From Balanoglossus misakiensis (lineage: Eukaryota; Animalia; Hemichordata): a stretch of DNA of 64,000 bases. Positions 26,949-40,500 of the stretch are shown piece by piece. Positions within the stretch are counted from its first letter, which is position 1. Every line of letters begins with the position of its first letter. The position numbers were made by a program, and so were the translations under genes. The DNA lies in the NCBI GenBank assembly GCA_040954595.2, contig CM082592.2, forward strand, positions 1,178,001 to 1,242,000. Direction: 5' to 3'. The notes below the pieces were generated by a model that had not been told where the DNA came from, did not search any database, and worked only from the letters and a program-made list of their open reading frames with translations.

Positions 26949-29900
26949 AGAAAGCAAGAAAGAATTAAAGCTGCAAGCAGCATTGTCCGGGCCCAAGCTC
27001 TATTATCTGATCTGATTATTAGATATGCACATAATTAATGAGTAGGAACATAATGCTGTTTTATCCCATGAAATATCAAGGTTATATCTATGTTTGGTGT
27101 TGATATAGTGTTAAGTAGGTCAAAGGTCACCCAGAGGTCACCCACAATTTGGGCAGAAAATTTTGACCCATAGTGGTCCATGTCCAACAAAATCCAGATC
27201 TCTAGCCCTTTTGGTTAGCCCGAAATTAGGTATGCACATAAATAATGAGTTAAGCAGGTGTCACAGGTGACCCAAAACTTTGGCTTTTCATTATGGCCCC
27301 ATACCTCCAAACGCCAAGGCTGTATCTGCTGTGGATGTCGAGATATGCAAAAGTAGGTCAAAGGTCATCCGAGGTCACCCAACATTTGGGCAAAAAAATT
27401 TGACCCAATACTGGTTCATGTCCAACAGAAACCAAACATCTAGGTCTATTGGTTCATCTGTAATTAGGTATGCGCATATTTAATGAGGTCAGCTGAGGTC
27501 AAAGGGGTCATGATAAGTAGCGAAATTTTTTGATCACATACAAATCCACATACATCAAAAACCAAAATCATAGCCCTATAGGTTAACCTGGAATTAGATA
27601 TGCAGAAAAAAACGATGTGTCAAAAGTAGGTCAAAGGTCATTGCCAAAATTACCAAAATATTTGGGGTAGGTCCTGGCAGGGATGATACCAATGTGCACA
27701 AAAATCAGAACTTTGGTACATTTAGAACACGTAGTATGAGCTATATATGCATATATGCAGGTTCTTAAAAAAAGTAGGTCAAAGGTCATGTGAAAATTTC
27801 CAAAATATTTGCAACATATTCTAGTCATATCACGACTCATATCCATAAAAAAAATTTGTATGCTATCTATTTTTAGACTAGAAAAATGATTTCTTAATTT
27901 TCGCTGGTTTTTACAAAATCCAATATGGCCGCCATAATCTTCGACCAATCACAACGCTCTTCGCAAACTATATAGACATCAGTTAGGTGATGTCATACCC
28001 TAAATCCCATGACTCGGTTATTGCCGGTTCTTGAGAAGAAGATTTTTGAAGATTTTACTGTACTTTTTCGAAAATCCAATATGGCGGCCAAAGTCACGTG
28101 ACCGCTCAGGATTTTATTGTCAAACTTTGAAGGGCAGAGGACATGTGTACCATACACCAAATTTGAACTTGATTGGCCCTGTGGTTTTTGAGAAGAAGCC
28201 ATTTAAAGATTTTCAGAAAATCCAATATGGCCGCCAGGTCACGTGACTAATTAAATATTCACAAGCCACTGCACATCTACTCATTGACCTTGACCACTGT
28301 AGCAAGTTTGAGAAGTGTACCTGTAGCCGTTTCAGAGATCTAGGAGAGCAAAGATTGACATAAGAATAAAGAAAGAAATATAGCTGCAAGCAGCAATAGC
28401 GGGCCCAAGCCAACATAGCACACAGCAACATAGCAATAAGCATATCTGCTCAGGATGCCAAGATATGGTAAAGTAGGTCAAAGGTCAACTGAGGTCATGT
28501 TATTTTTGGGCAAGAAATTTTTACCGTATACTGGTCCATGTTCAACAAAAACCAAACCTATAGCCCTATTGGTTAGCCTGGAATTAGGTATGCACATAAT
28601 TAATGAGATATGCAGGTGCCACAGGTGACCCCCAATTTTGGCTTTTCACTTTCAGTCCTAACCCTCCAAACGCCAAGTTTGTACCTGCTCTGGATGCCAA
28701 GATATGGTAAAGTAGGTCAAAGGTCACCTGAGGTCATGCAAAATGTGGGCAAGAAATTTTGACCCTATACTGGTCCATCTTCAACAAAAACCAAACCTAT
28801 AGCCCTATTGGTTAGCCTGGAATTAGGTATGCACATAATTAATGAGATAGGCAGGTGTCACAGGTGACCCCCAATTTTGGCTTTTCAATTTTAGTCCCAA
28901 CCCTCCAAACGCCAAGTCTGTACCTGCTCTGGATGCCAAGATCTGGTAAAGTAGGTCAAAGGTCACCTGAGGTCATGCAAAATTTGGGCAAGAAATTTTG
29001 ACCCTATACTGGTCCATGTTCAACAAAAACCAAACCTGTAGCCCTATTGGTTAGCCTGGAATTAGGTATGCACATAATAAATGAGTTAAGCAGGTGTTAC
29101 AGGTGAGCCTAAAATTGTGCCTTTTATTTTGGTGCCATTGTGCTCACTCACCAATAGACAGTCACTGTACAGGACTATTGCGCAGACCAGAATTCCACAA
29201 TAAGAAGTGGACATAGCTTAACTATGGAGGTATAAGTAAAGGTTTAAATTTAATAAAAAAATTAATATAAAAAAATCGGTTGATTTTTCATATTATTTTT
29301 TTTCGCTTAAAATGATTAACAAATGCTAGGCTAGCTGCACAGCAACTTTGGAATTGATCGGCCGAACAGATTTTGAGATATGTATGTATATTTATCCAAA
29401 ATAGTCTGTGGTCATAGCTTAACTATGTCAAGTATAGGCCCATGGCTTGGGCGAAAAATATGGAAAATAATACTTAAAAATCTTCTTCTCAAAATTGACA
29501 TGGCTTATGGCCTTGACATTTGGCATGTAGAACCCTGGCCATATGGTCCACAAAGCATCTGAACAGAATTTTGATATCTCCATTCATATGCAAATTAAGC
29601 CAAATTGAAAATTTTGCCCATATATGGTCATCAGGTCACATGACTAATTACACATTCACAAGGGTACTGCACAAGCTCTCATAGGCCTGCACCATTGTGC
29701 CAAATGTGAGATTTGTAGGTTCAGCCGTTTTCAAGATCTAGCTGGACAAAAAAACGACACAAGAAGAAGTAGAAGAAATATAGCTGCAAGCAGCAATAGC
29801 GGGCCCAAGCCAACATATCACATAGCACATAGCAACATAGCAATAAGCATATCTGCTCTGGATGCCAAGATATGGTAAAGTAGGTCAAAGGTCACCTGAG

Positions 29901-30944
29901 GTCATGCAAAATTTGGGCAAGAAATTTTGACCCTATACTGGTCCATGTTCAACAAAAACCAAACCTATAGCCCTATTGGTTAGCCTGGAATTAGGTATGC
30001 ACATAATTAATGAGGTAGGCAGGTGTCACAGGTGATCCCCAATTTTGGCTTTTCAATTTTAGTCCCAACCCTCCAAACGCCAAGTCTGTACCTGCTCTGG
30101 ATGCCAAGATCTGGTAAAGTAGGTCAAAGGTCACCTGAGGTCACCCAAAATTTGGGCAAGAAATTTTGACCCTATACTGGTCCATGTCCCACAAGAACGA
30201 AACCTCTAGCCCTCTTCGTTAGCTCAGAATTAGGTATGCACATAATTAATGAGTTAAGCAGGTGTTACAGGTGAGCCTAAAATTTTGCCTTTTATTTTGG
30301 TGCCATTGTGCTCACTGACATATAGATAGTCACTGTACAAGACTATTGCACAGACCAGAATTCCACAATAAGACATGGACATAGCTTAACCATAGAGGTA
30401 TAAATAAAGGTATAAATTTAATAAAAAAATTAATATAAAAAAATCGGTCGATTTTTCATATTATTTTTTTCCGCTTAAAATTATTGACAAATGCTAGGCT
30501 AGCTGCACACCAAAGTTGGAGATGATCGGCCTAACAGATTTTGAGATATGTATGCATATTTATCCAAAATAATATGTTGTCATAGCTTAACTATGTAAAG
30601 TATAGGCACATGGCTTGGGCGAAAAATATGAAAAATAATACTTAAAAATCTTCTTCTCAAAATTGACATGGCCTATGGCCTTGACATTTGGCATGTAGAA
30701 CCCTGGCCATGTGGTCCACAAAGCATCTGAACAGAATTTTGATATCTCAATTCATATGCAAATTAGGCCGATTTGAAAATTTTGCCCATATATGGTCATC
30801 AGGTCACATGACTTATTAAACATTCACAAGGGTACTGCACCAGCTCTCATTGGCCTGCACCATTGTGCTAAGTTTGAAATTGGTAGGTTCAGCCGTTCTC
30901 CAGATCTACCTGGCCGAAAAAACTACACAAGAAGAAGTAGAAGA

Positions 30945-32646
30945 AAATATAGCTGCAAGCAGCAATAGCGGGCCCAAGCCAACATAGCACATAGCAACAT
31001 AGCAATAAGCATATTTGCTCTGGATGCCAAGATATGGAAAATTAGGTCAAAGGTCACCTGAGGTCATGCAAAAATTTGGGCAAGAAATTTTGATCCTATA
31101 CTAGTCCATGTTCAACAAAAACCAAACCTATAGCCCTATTGGTTAGCCTGGAATTAGGTATGCACATAATTAATGAGATATGCAGGTGTCACAGGTGACC
31201 CCCAATTTTGGCTTTTCAATTTTAGTTCCAACCCTCCAAACTCCAAGTCTGTACCTGCCCTGGGTGCCAAGATATGGTAAAGTAGGTCAAAGGTCACCTG
31301 AGGTCATGCAAAATTTGGGCAAGAAATTTTGACCCTATACTGGTCCATGTTCAACAAAAACCAAACCTATAGCCCTATTGGTTAGCCTGGAATTAGGTAT
31401 GCACATAATTAATAAGATATGCAGGTGTCACAGGTGACCCCCAATTTGGCTTTTCAATTTTAGTCCCAACCCTCCAAACGCCAAGTCTGTACCTGCCCTG
31501 GGTGCCAAGATATGGTAAAGTAGGTCAAAGGTCACCTGAGGTCATGCAAAATTTGGGCAAGAAATTTTGACCCTATACTGGTCCATGTTCAACAAAAACC
31601 TAACCTATAGCCCTATTGGTTAGCCTGGAATTAGGTATGCACATAATTAATGAGGTATGCAGGTGTCACAGGTGACCCCAAATTTTGGCTTTTCAATTTT
31701 AGTCCTAACCCTCCAAACGCCAAGTCTGTACCTGCTCTGGATGCCGAGATATAGGAAAGTAGGTCAGAGGTCACCTGAGGTCACCCAAAATTTGGGCAAG
31801 AAATTTTGACCCTATACTGGTCCATGTCCCACAAGAACGAAACCTCTAGCCCTCTTAGTTAGCCCAAAATTAGGTATGCACATAATTAATGAGTTAAGCA
31901 GGTGTTACAGGTGAGCCTAAAATTGTGCCTTTTATTTTGGTGCCATTGTGCTCACCGACCAATAGACAGTCACTGTACAGGACTATTGCACAGACCAGAA
32001 TTCCACAATAAGACATGGACATAGCTTAACCATAGAGGTATAAGTAAAGGTATTATTTAATAAAAAAATTAATATAAAAAAATCGGTCGATTTTTCATAC
32101 TATTTTTTTTCGCTTAAAATTATTGACAAATGCTAGGCTAGCTGCACACCAAAGTTGGAGATGATCGGCCTAACAGATTTTGAGATATGTATGCATATTT
32201 ATCCAAACTAATATGTGGTCATGGCTTTACTATGGAAAGTATAGGCCCAGGGCTGGGTGAAAAAATATGAAAAATAATACTTACAAATCTTCTTCTCAAA
32301 ATTGGCATGGCCAATGGCCTTGACATTTGGCATGTAGGACACTGACCACATGGTCCGCAAAAGTTGCTAAAAGAATTTTGATATCTCCATTCATATGCAA
32401 ATAAGGCCGATTTGAAAATTTTGCCCATATATGGTCATCAGGTCATGTGACTAATTAAACATTCACAAGGGTACTGCACTAGCTCTCATTGACCTGCACC
32501 ATTGTGCCAAGTTTGAAATTGGTAGGTTTAGCAGTTTTCCAGATGTAGCTCACCAAAAAAACGACAGAAGAAGAAGAAGAAGAAGAAGAAAAAGAAAAAC
32601 TCCAGTAAAAACAATAGGGCCCAAGCCTGCTGGGCTTGGGCCCTAA
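30945..32646 (-). mobile_element. Uninterrupted single copy, subfamily C
   Basis: Head AATATAGCTGCAAGCAGCAATAGCGGGCCCAAGCCAAC, ~239 bp internal tandem repeats, (GAA)n tract, cap with loop CCTGCTGGG at 32596-32645. Confidence 0.8.
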
Positions 32647-35600
32647 ATATAGCTGCAAGCAGCAATAGCGGGCCCAAGCCAACATAGCACATAGCACATA
32701 GCAACATAGCAATAAGCATATTTGCTCTGGATGCCAAGATATGGTAAAGTAGGTCAAAGGTCACCCGAGGTCAAGCAAAATTTGGGCAAGAAATTTTGAA
32801 CCTATACTGGTCCATGTTCAACAAAAACCAAACCTATAGCCCTATTGGTTAGCCTGGAATTAGGTATGCACATAATAAATGAGATATACAGGTGTCACAG
32901 GTGACCCCAATTTTGGCTTTTCAATTTTAGTCCCAACCCTCCAAACGCCAAGTCTGTACCTGCTCTGGATGCCGAGATATAGGAAAGTAGGTCAAAGGTC
33001 ACCTGAGGTCACCCAAAATTTGGGCAAGAAATTTTGACCCTATACTGGTCCATGTTCAACAAAAACCAAACCTATAGCCCTATTGGTTAGCCTGGAATTA
33101 GGTATGCACATAATAAATGAGATATACAGGTGTCACAGGTGACCCCCATTTTGGCTTTTCAATTTTAGTCCCAACCCTCCAAACGCCAAGTCTGTACCTG
33201 CTCTGGATGCCGAGATATAGGAAAGTAGGTCAAAGGTCACCTGAGGTAACCCAAAATTTGGGCAAGAAATTTTGACCCTATACTGGTCCATGTCCGACAA
33301 GAACGAAACCTCTAGCCCTCTTAGTTAGCCCAGAATTAGGTATGCACATAATTAATGAGTTAGGCAGGTGTTACAGGTGAGCCTAAAATTGTGCCTTTTA
33401 TTTTGGTCCAATTGTGCTCACTGACCAATAGACAGTCACTGTACAGGACTATTGCACAGACCAGAATTCCACAATAAGAAATGGACATAGCTTAACCATA
33501 GAGGTATAAGTAAAGGTATACATTTAAAAAAAAAATTAATATCAAAAAATCGGTCGATTTTTCATATTATTTTTTTTTGCTTAAAATTATTGACGAATGC
33601 TAGGCTAGCTGCACACCAAAGTTGGAGATGATCGGCCTAACAGATTTTGAGATATGTATGCATATTTATCCAAAATAATATGTGGTCATAGCTTTACTAT
33701 GTAAAGTATAGGCCCATGGCTTGGGCGAAAAATATGGAAAATAATACTTAAAAATCTTCTTCTCAAAATTGACATGGCTTATGGCCTTGACGTTTGGCAT
33801 GTAGAACCCTGGCCATATGGTCCACAAAGCATCTGAACAGAATTTTGATATCTCCATTCATATGCAAATTAGGCAAAATTGAAAATTTTGCCCATATATG
33901 GTCATCAGGTCACATGACTAATTAAACATTCACAAGGGTACAGCTCATGCTCTCAGAGGCCTGCACCACTGTGCCAACTTTGAGATTTGTAGGTTCAGCC
34001 GTTTTCAAGATCTACTTGACGAAAAAAACTACACAAGAAGAAGAAGAAATATAGCTGCAAGCAGCAATGGCGGGCCCAAGCCAACATAGCACATAGCAAC
34101 ATAGCAATAAGCATATCTGCTCTGGATGCCAAGATATGGAAAAGTAGGTCAAAGGTCACCTGAGGTCATGCAAAATTTGGGCGAGAAATTTTGACCCTAT
34201 ACTGGTCCATGTTCATCAAAAACCAAACCTATAGCCCTATTGGTTAGCCTGGAATTAGGTATGCACATAATTAATGAGGTAGGCAGGTGTCACAGGTGAC
34301 CCCCCAATTTGGCTTTTTAATTTTAGTCCCAACCATCTAAACGCCAATTCTGTATCTGCTCTGGATGCCAAGATATGGTAAAGTAGGTCAAAGGTCACCT
34401 GAGGTCATGCAAAATTTGGGCAATAAATTTTGACCCTATACTGGTCCACGTTCAACAAAAACCAAACCTATAGCCCTATTGGTTAGCCTGGAATTAGGTA
34501 TGCACATAATTAATGATGTAGGCAGGTGTCACAGGTGACCCCCAATTTTGCCTCTTCAATTTTAGTCCCAACGCTCCAAACGCCAAGTCTGTACCTGCTC
34601 TGGATGCCAAGATCTGGTTAAGTAGGTCAAAGGTCACCTGAGGTCATACAAAATTTGGGCAAGACATTTTGACCCTAAACAGGTCCATGTTCAACAAAAA
34701 CCAAACCTATTGCCCTATTGGTTAGCCTTGAATTAGGTATGCACATAATTAATGAGATATGCAGGTGTCACAGGTGACCCCCTTTTTGGCTTTTCAACTT
34801 TAGTCCCAACCCTCCAAACGCCAAGTATGTACCTGCTCTGGATGCCGAGATATAGGAAAGTAGGTCAAAGGTCACCTGGGGTCACCCAAAATTTGGGCAA
34901 GAAATGTTGACCCTATACTGGCCCATGTCCCACAAGAACGAAACCTCTAGCCCTCTTAGTTAGCCCAGAATTAGGTATGCACATAATTAATGAGTTTAGC
35001 AGGTGTTACAGGTGAGCCTAAAATCGTGCCTTTTATTTTGGTGCTATTGTGCTCACTGACCAATAGACAGTCACTTTACAGGACTATTGCACAGACCAGA
35101 ATTCCACAATAAGACATGGACATAGCTAAACCATAGAGGTATAAGTAAATGTATAAATTTAATAAAAAAATTAATATAAAAAAATCGGTCGATTTTTCAT
35201 ATTATTTTTTTTCGCTTAAAATTATTGACAAATGCTAGACTAGCTGCACACCAAAGTTGGAGATGATCGGCCTAACAGATTTTGAGATATGTATGCATAT
35301 TTATCCAAAATAATATGTGGTCATAGCTTTACTATGTAAAGTATAGGCCGATGGCTTGGGCGAAAAATATGGAAAATAATACTTAAAAATCTTCTCCTCA
35401 AAATTGACATGGCCTATGGCCTTGACATTTGGCATGTAGAACCCTGGCCATATGGTCCACAAAGTATCTGAACAGAATTTTGATATCTCAATTCATATGC
35501 AAATTAGGGCGATTTGAAAATTTTGCCCATATATGGTCATCAGGTCACGTGACTAATTAAACATTCACGAGGGTACTGCACCAGCTCTCATTGGCCTGCA

Positions 35601-35696
35601 CCATTGTACTAAGTTTGAAATTGGTAGGTTCAGCCGTTCTCCAGATCTAGCTGGACAAAAAAACGACACAAGAAGAAGAAGAAGAAGAAGTAGAAG

Positions 35697-37244
35697 AATA
35701 TAGCTGCAAGCAGCGATGACGGGCCCAAGCTTAAGCCGAAGGTCAAAGGTCATAAGCGGTCACCCGAAATTTTGGCAAGAAATTTTGACCCCATACTGGT
35801 CCGTGTCCCACAAGAACGAAATCTCTAGCCCTATTGGTTCGCCTACAATTAGGTATGCGCATAATTAATGAGATAAAGTGTAAGGCTCCATCAGGAGTTC
35901 CATCCCTCCAAATGCCAAGGCTGTATCTGCTGTGGATGCCGAGATATGGTAAATTAGGTCAAAGGTCACCTGAGGTCACCCAAAATTTGGGCAAAAAATT
36001 TTGACCCCATACTGGTCCATGTTCAGCATAAATCAAACCTCTAGCCCTATTGGTTAGCCTGGAATTAGGTATGCACATAATTAATGAGATAAGCAGGTGT
36101 CACAGGTGACCCCAATTTTGGCTTTTCAATTTTAGTCCCAACCCTCCAAACGCCAAGTCTGTACCTGCTCTGGATGCGGAAATATAGGAAAGTAGGTCAA
36201 AGGTCACCTGAGGTCATCCAAAATTTAGGCAATTTTTTTTAACCCCATACTGGTCCATGTCCCACAAGCACGAAACCTCTAACCCTACTGGTTAGCCTGT
36301 AATTAGGTATGCACATAATTAATGAGATATGCAGGTGTCACAGGTGACCCCCATTTTGGCTTTTCAACTTTAGTCCCAACCCTCCAAACGCCAAGTCTGT
36401 ACCTGCTGTGGATGCCGAGATATAGGAAAGTAGGTCAAAGGTCACCTGAGGTCACCCAAAATTTGGGCAAGAAATTTTGACCCTATACTGGTCCATGTCT
36501 CACAAGAACGAAACCTCTAGCCCTCTTAGTTAGCCCAGAATTAGGTATGCACATAATTAATGAGTTAAGCAGGTGTTACAGGTGAGACTAAACTTGTGCC
36601 TTTTATTTTGGTGCTATTGTGCTCACTGACCAATAGACAGTCACTGTACAGGACTATTGCACAGACCTGAATTCCACAATAAGACATAGACATAGCTTAA
36701 CCATAGAGGTATAATTAAAGGTATAAATTTAATAAAAAAATTAATATAAAAAAATCGGTCGATTTTTCATATTATTTTTTTTCGCTTAAAATTATTGACA
36801 AATGCTAGGCTAGCTGCACACCAAAGTTGGAGATGGTCGGCCTAACAGATTTTGAGATATGTATGCATATTTATCCAAAATACGATGTGGTCATAGCTTT
36901 ACTATGTGAAGTATAGGCCGATGGCTTGGGCGAAAAAAATATGAAAAATAATACTTAAAAATCTTCTTCTCAAAATTGACATGGCCTATGGCCTTGACAT
37001 TTGGCATGTAGAACCCTGGCCATATGGCCCACAAAGTATCTTAACAGAATTTTGATATCTCCATTCATATGCAAATTAGGCCAAATTGAAAATTTTGCCC
37101 ATATATGGTCATCAGGTCACATGACTAATTACACATTCACAAGGGTACTGCACCAGCTCTCATAGCCCTGCACCATTGTGCCAAATGTGAGATTTGTAGG
37201 TTCAGCCGTTTTCAAGATCTAGCTGGACAAAAAAACGACACAAG

Positions 37245-37276
<32 letters not shown>

Positions 37277-37332
37277 GAAGAAAAACCCCAGTAATACCAA
37301 TAGGGCCCAAGCCTGCTGGGCTTGGGCCCTAA
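35697..37332 (-). mobile_element. Uninterrupted subfamily C-prime copy, near-identical to 14627-17045 minus the MITE
   Basis: Diagnostic head GCAGCGATGACGGGCCCAAGCTTAAGCCG, shared only with the copy at 14627; same tail and cap. Confidence 0.85.
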
Positions 37333-37585
37333 AAAAAGCCAGTAATACCAATAGGGCCCAAGCCTGCTGGGCTTGGGCCCTAAAAACTCCAGCAAAAACA
37401 ATAGGGCCCAAGCCTGCTGGGCTTGGGCCCTAAAAAGCCAACAATACCAATAGGGCCCAAGCCTGCTTGGCTTGGGCCCTAAAAACCCCAGTAATACCAA
37501 TAGGGCCCAAGCCTGCTGGGCTTGGGCCCTAAAAACTCCAACGAAACCAATACGGGCCCAAGCCTGGCTTGGCTTGGGCCCGTAA
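37281..37585. repeat. Stack of 6 hairpin caps (5 C-type, 1 D-type)
   Basis: Five ~50 bp caps with AAGCCTGCT(G/T)GGCTT, then one D-type cap. Confidence 0.95.
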
Positions 37586-40500
37586 TTAAAGCTGCAAGCA
37601 GCATTGTCCGGGCCCAAGCTCTATTATCTGATCAGATTATTAGATATGCACATAATTAATGAGTAGAAACATAATGCTGTGTTTTATCCCATGAAATATC
37701 AAGGTTATATCTATGTTTGGTGTTGATATAGTGTTAAGTAGGTCAAAGGTCACCCAGAGGTCACCCACAATTTGGGCAGAAAATTTTGACCCATAGTGGT
37801 CCATGTCCAACAAAAACCAGATCTCTAGCCCTTTTGGTTAGCCCGAAATTAGGTATGCACATAAATAATGAGTTAAGCAGGTGTCACAGGTGACCCAAAA
37901 CTTTGGCTTTTCATTATGGCCCCATACCTCCAAACGCCAAGGCTGTATCTGCTGTGGATGTCGAGATATGCAAAACAGGTGAAAGGTCATCCGAGGTCAC
38001 CCAACATTTGGGCAAAAAAATTTGACCCAATACTGGTTCATGTCCAACAAAAACCAAACCTTTAGGTCTATTGGTTCATCTGTAATTAGGTATGCGCATA
38101 TTTAATGAGGTCAGCAGAGGTCAAAGGGGTCATGATAAGTAGCGAAATTTTTTGATCACATACAAATCCACATACATCAAAAACCAAAATCATAGCCCTA
38201 TAGGTTAGCCTGGAATTAGATATGCAGAAAAAAACGATGTGTCAAAAGTAGGTCAAAGGTCATTGCCAAAATTACCAAAATATTTGGGGTAGGTCCTGGC
38301 TGGGATGATACCAATGTGCACAAAAATCAGAACTCTGGTGCATTTAAAACACGTAGTATGAGCTATATATGCATATATGCAGGTTCTTAAAAAAGTAGGT
38401 CAAAGGTCATGTGAAAATTTCCAAAATATTTGCAACATATTCTAGTCATATCACGACTCATATCCATAAAAAGAATTTGTTTGCTATCTATTTTTAGACT
38501 AGAAAAATGATTTCTTAATTTTCGCTGGTTTTTACAAAATCCAATATGGCCGCCATAATCTTCGACCAATCACATTCCCCTTCGCAAACTTGTTAGACAT
38601 CTGTTTAATGACCACACACACCAAATCTTGTGACTCAGTTATCGCCGGTTCTTGAGAAGAAGATTTTTGAAATTTTACTAGGGTTTTTCGAAAATCCAAT
38701 ATGGCCGCCATAATCTTCGACCAATCACAATGCTTCTTATCAAACTTGATAGACATCAGTTAGGTGACCACATACCCCAAACCGCGTCACTCGGTTATCG
38801 CCGGTTCTGGAGAAGAAGATTTTTGAAATTTAAGCCAGATTTCAGAAAAAAAATTGTAGCAAAAAAACTGCAACATTTACAGCAAAATATCCAATTACAA
38901 AAATGATGGGTAGAAGGTAGACTACCTGCACACCAAATTTGAAGTCGATCTGACTTGTAGTTTCTGAGATCTGAGATTTGCATTTTTTCAGAAAATCCAA
39001 TATGGCCGCCAGGTCACGTGACTAATTAAAAATTCAAGGGTTCAATGCACGACTACTCATTGACCTTGACCACTGTAGCAAGTTTGAAAACTGTACCTGC
39101 AGTGGTGTCTGAGATCTAGAGCGACAAAGAAGTGAACCAAGAATAAAGAAAGAAAGAAAGAATTAAAGAAAGATTAAAGCTGCGAGCAGCATTGTCGGGC
39201 CCAAGCGCTGATCTTGAATTACATATGCACAGTATGAATGAGAAGAAACAGAATTTTCTATCGGATGTATTATCTCATGACATAACAAGGATGTGTGTAT
39301 TTTTGCTGCTGAAATAGGGTGAAGTAGGTCAAAGGTCACCTGAGGTCACCCAACATTTGGGCATTTTTTTTTACCCATACTGGTCCATGTCCAACAAAAA
39401 CCAAAACTCTAGCTCTATTGGTTCGTCTGTAATTAGGTATGTGCATATTTAATGAGGTCAGCAGGTGTCACAGGTGACCCAAAAATGTGGCTTTACATTT
39501 TGGTCCCATCCTACCAAATGCCATGGCTGTATCTGCTCTGGATGCTGAGATATGCGAAAGTAGGTCAAAGGTCACCAGAGGTCACCCAACATTTGGGCAA
39601 AAAATTTTGATCCCATACTGGTCCATGTCCAACAAAAACCAAACCTCTAGCTCTATTGGTTCGCCTGTAATTAGCTATGCACATAATTAATGAGGTCAGC
39701 AGAGGTCAAAGGGGTCATGAAAAGTAGCAAAATATTTTGATCACACACTAATCCACATGCATCAAAAAACAAAAGTCTAGCCCTATAGGTTAGCCTGGAA
39801 TTAGATATGCAGAAATAATAACGCGTGATAAGTAGGTCAAAGGTCATGTGAAAAATGGCCAAAAATTTGTAACATATTTTAGTCACATGACGATTGATAT
39901 CCATGAAAAGAATTTAGATGCTATCAATTTTTAGACAAGGAAAAGGAATTTCAATTTTTCACTGCTTTTTACAAAATCCAATATGGCCGCCATAATCTTC
40001 GACCAATCACAATGCTCTTTGCAAACTTGATAGAAATCAGTGTTGTGACCATACTCCCGGAATCTTGCGACTCAGTTATCGCCCGTTCTGGAGAAGAAGA
40101 TTTTTGCAGTTTTACTATAGTTTTTCGAAAATCCAATATGGCCGCCATAATCTTCGACCAATCACAATGCTTCTTATCAAACTTGATAGACATCAGTTAG
40201 GTGACCACATACCCCAAACCACGTCACTCGGTTATCACCGGTTCTTGAGAAGAAGATTTTTGAAGTTTTAGTTGGATTTTTCGAAAATCAAATATGGCGG
40301 CCAAAGTCACGTGACCGCTCGAGATTTTATTATCAAACTTTGTAGGGCAGAGGCCATGTGTACTATGTACCAAATTTGAACTTGATTTGCCTTGTAGTTT
40401 TTGAGAAGAAGTCATTTACATTTTTTCAGAAAATCCAATATGGCCGCCAGGTCACGTGACTAATTAAGTATTCACAAGTCACTGCACATCTACTCATTGA

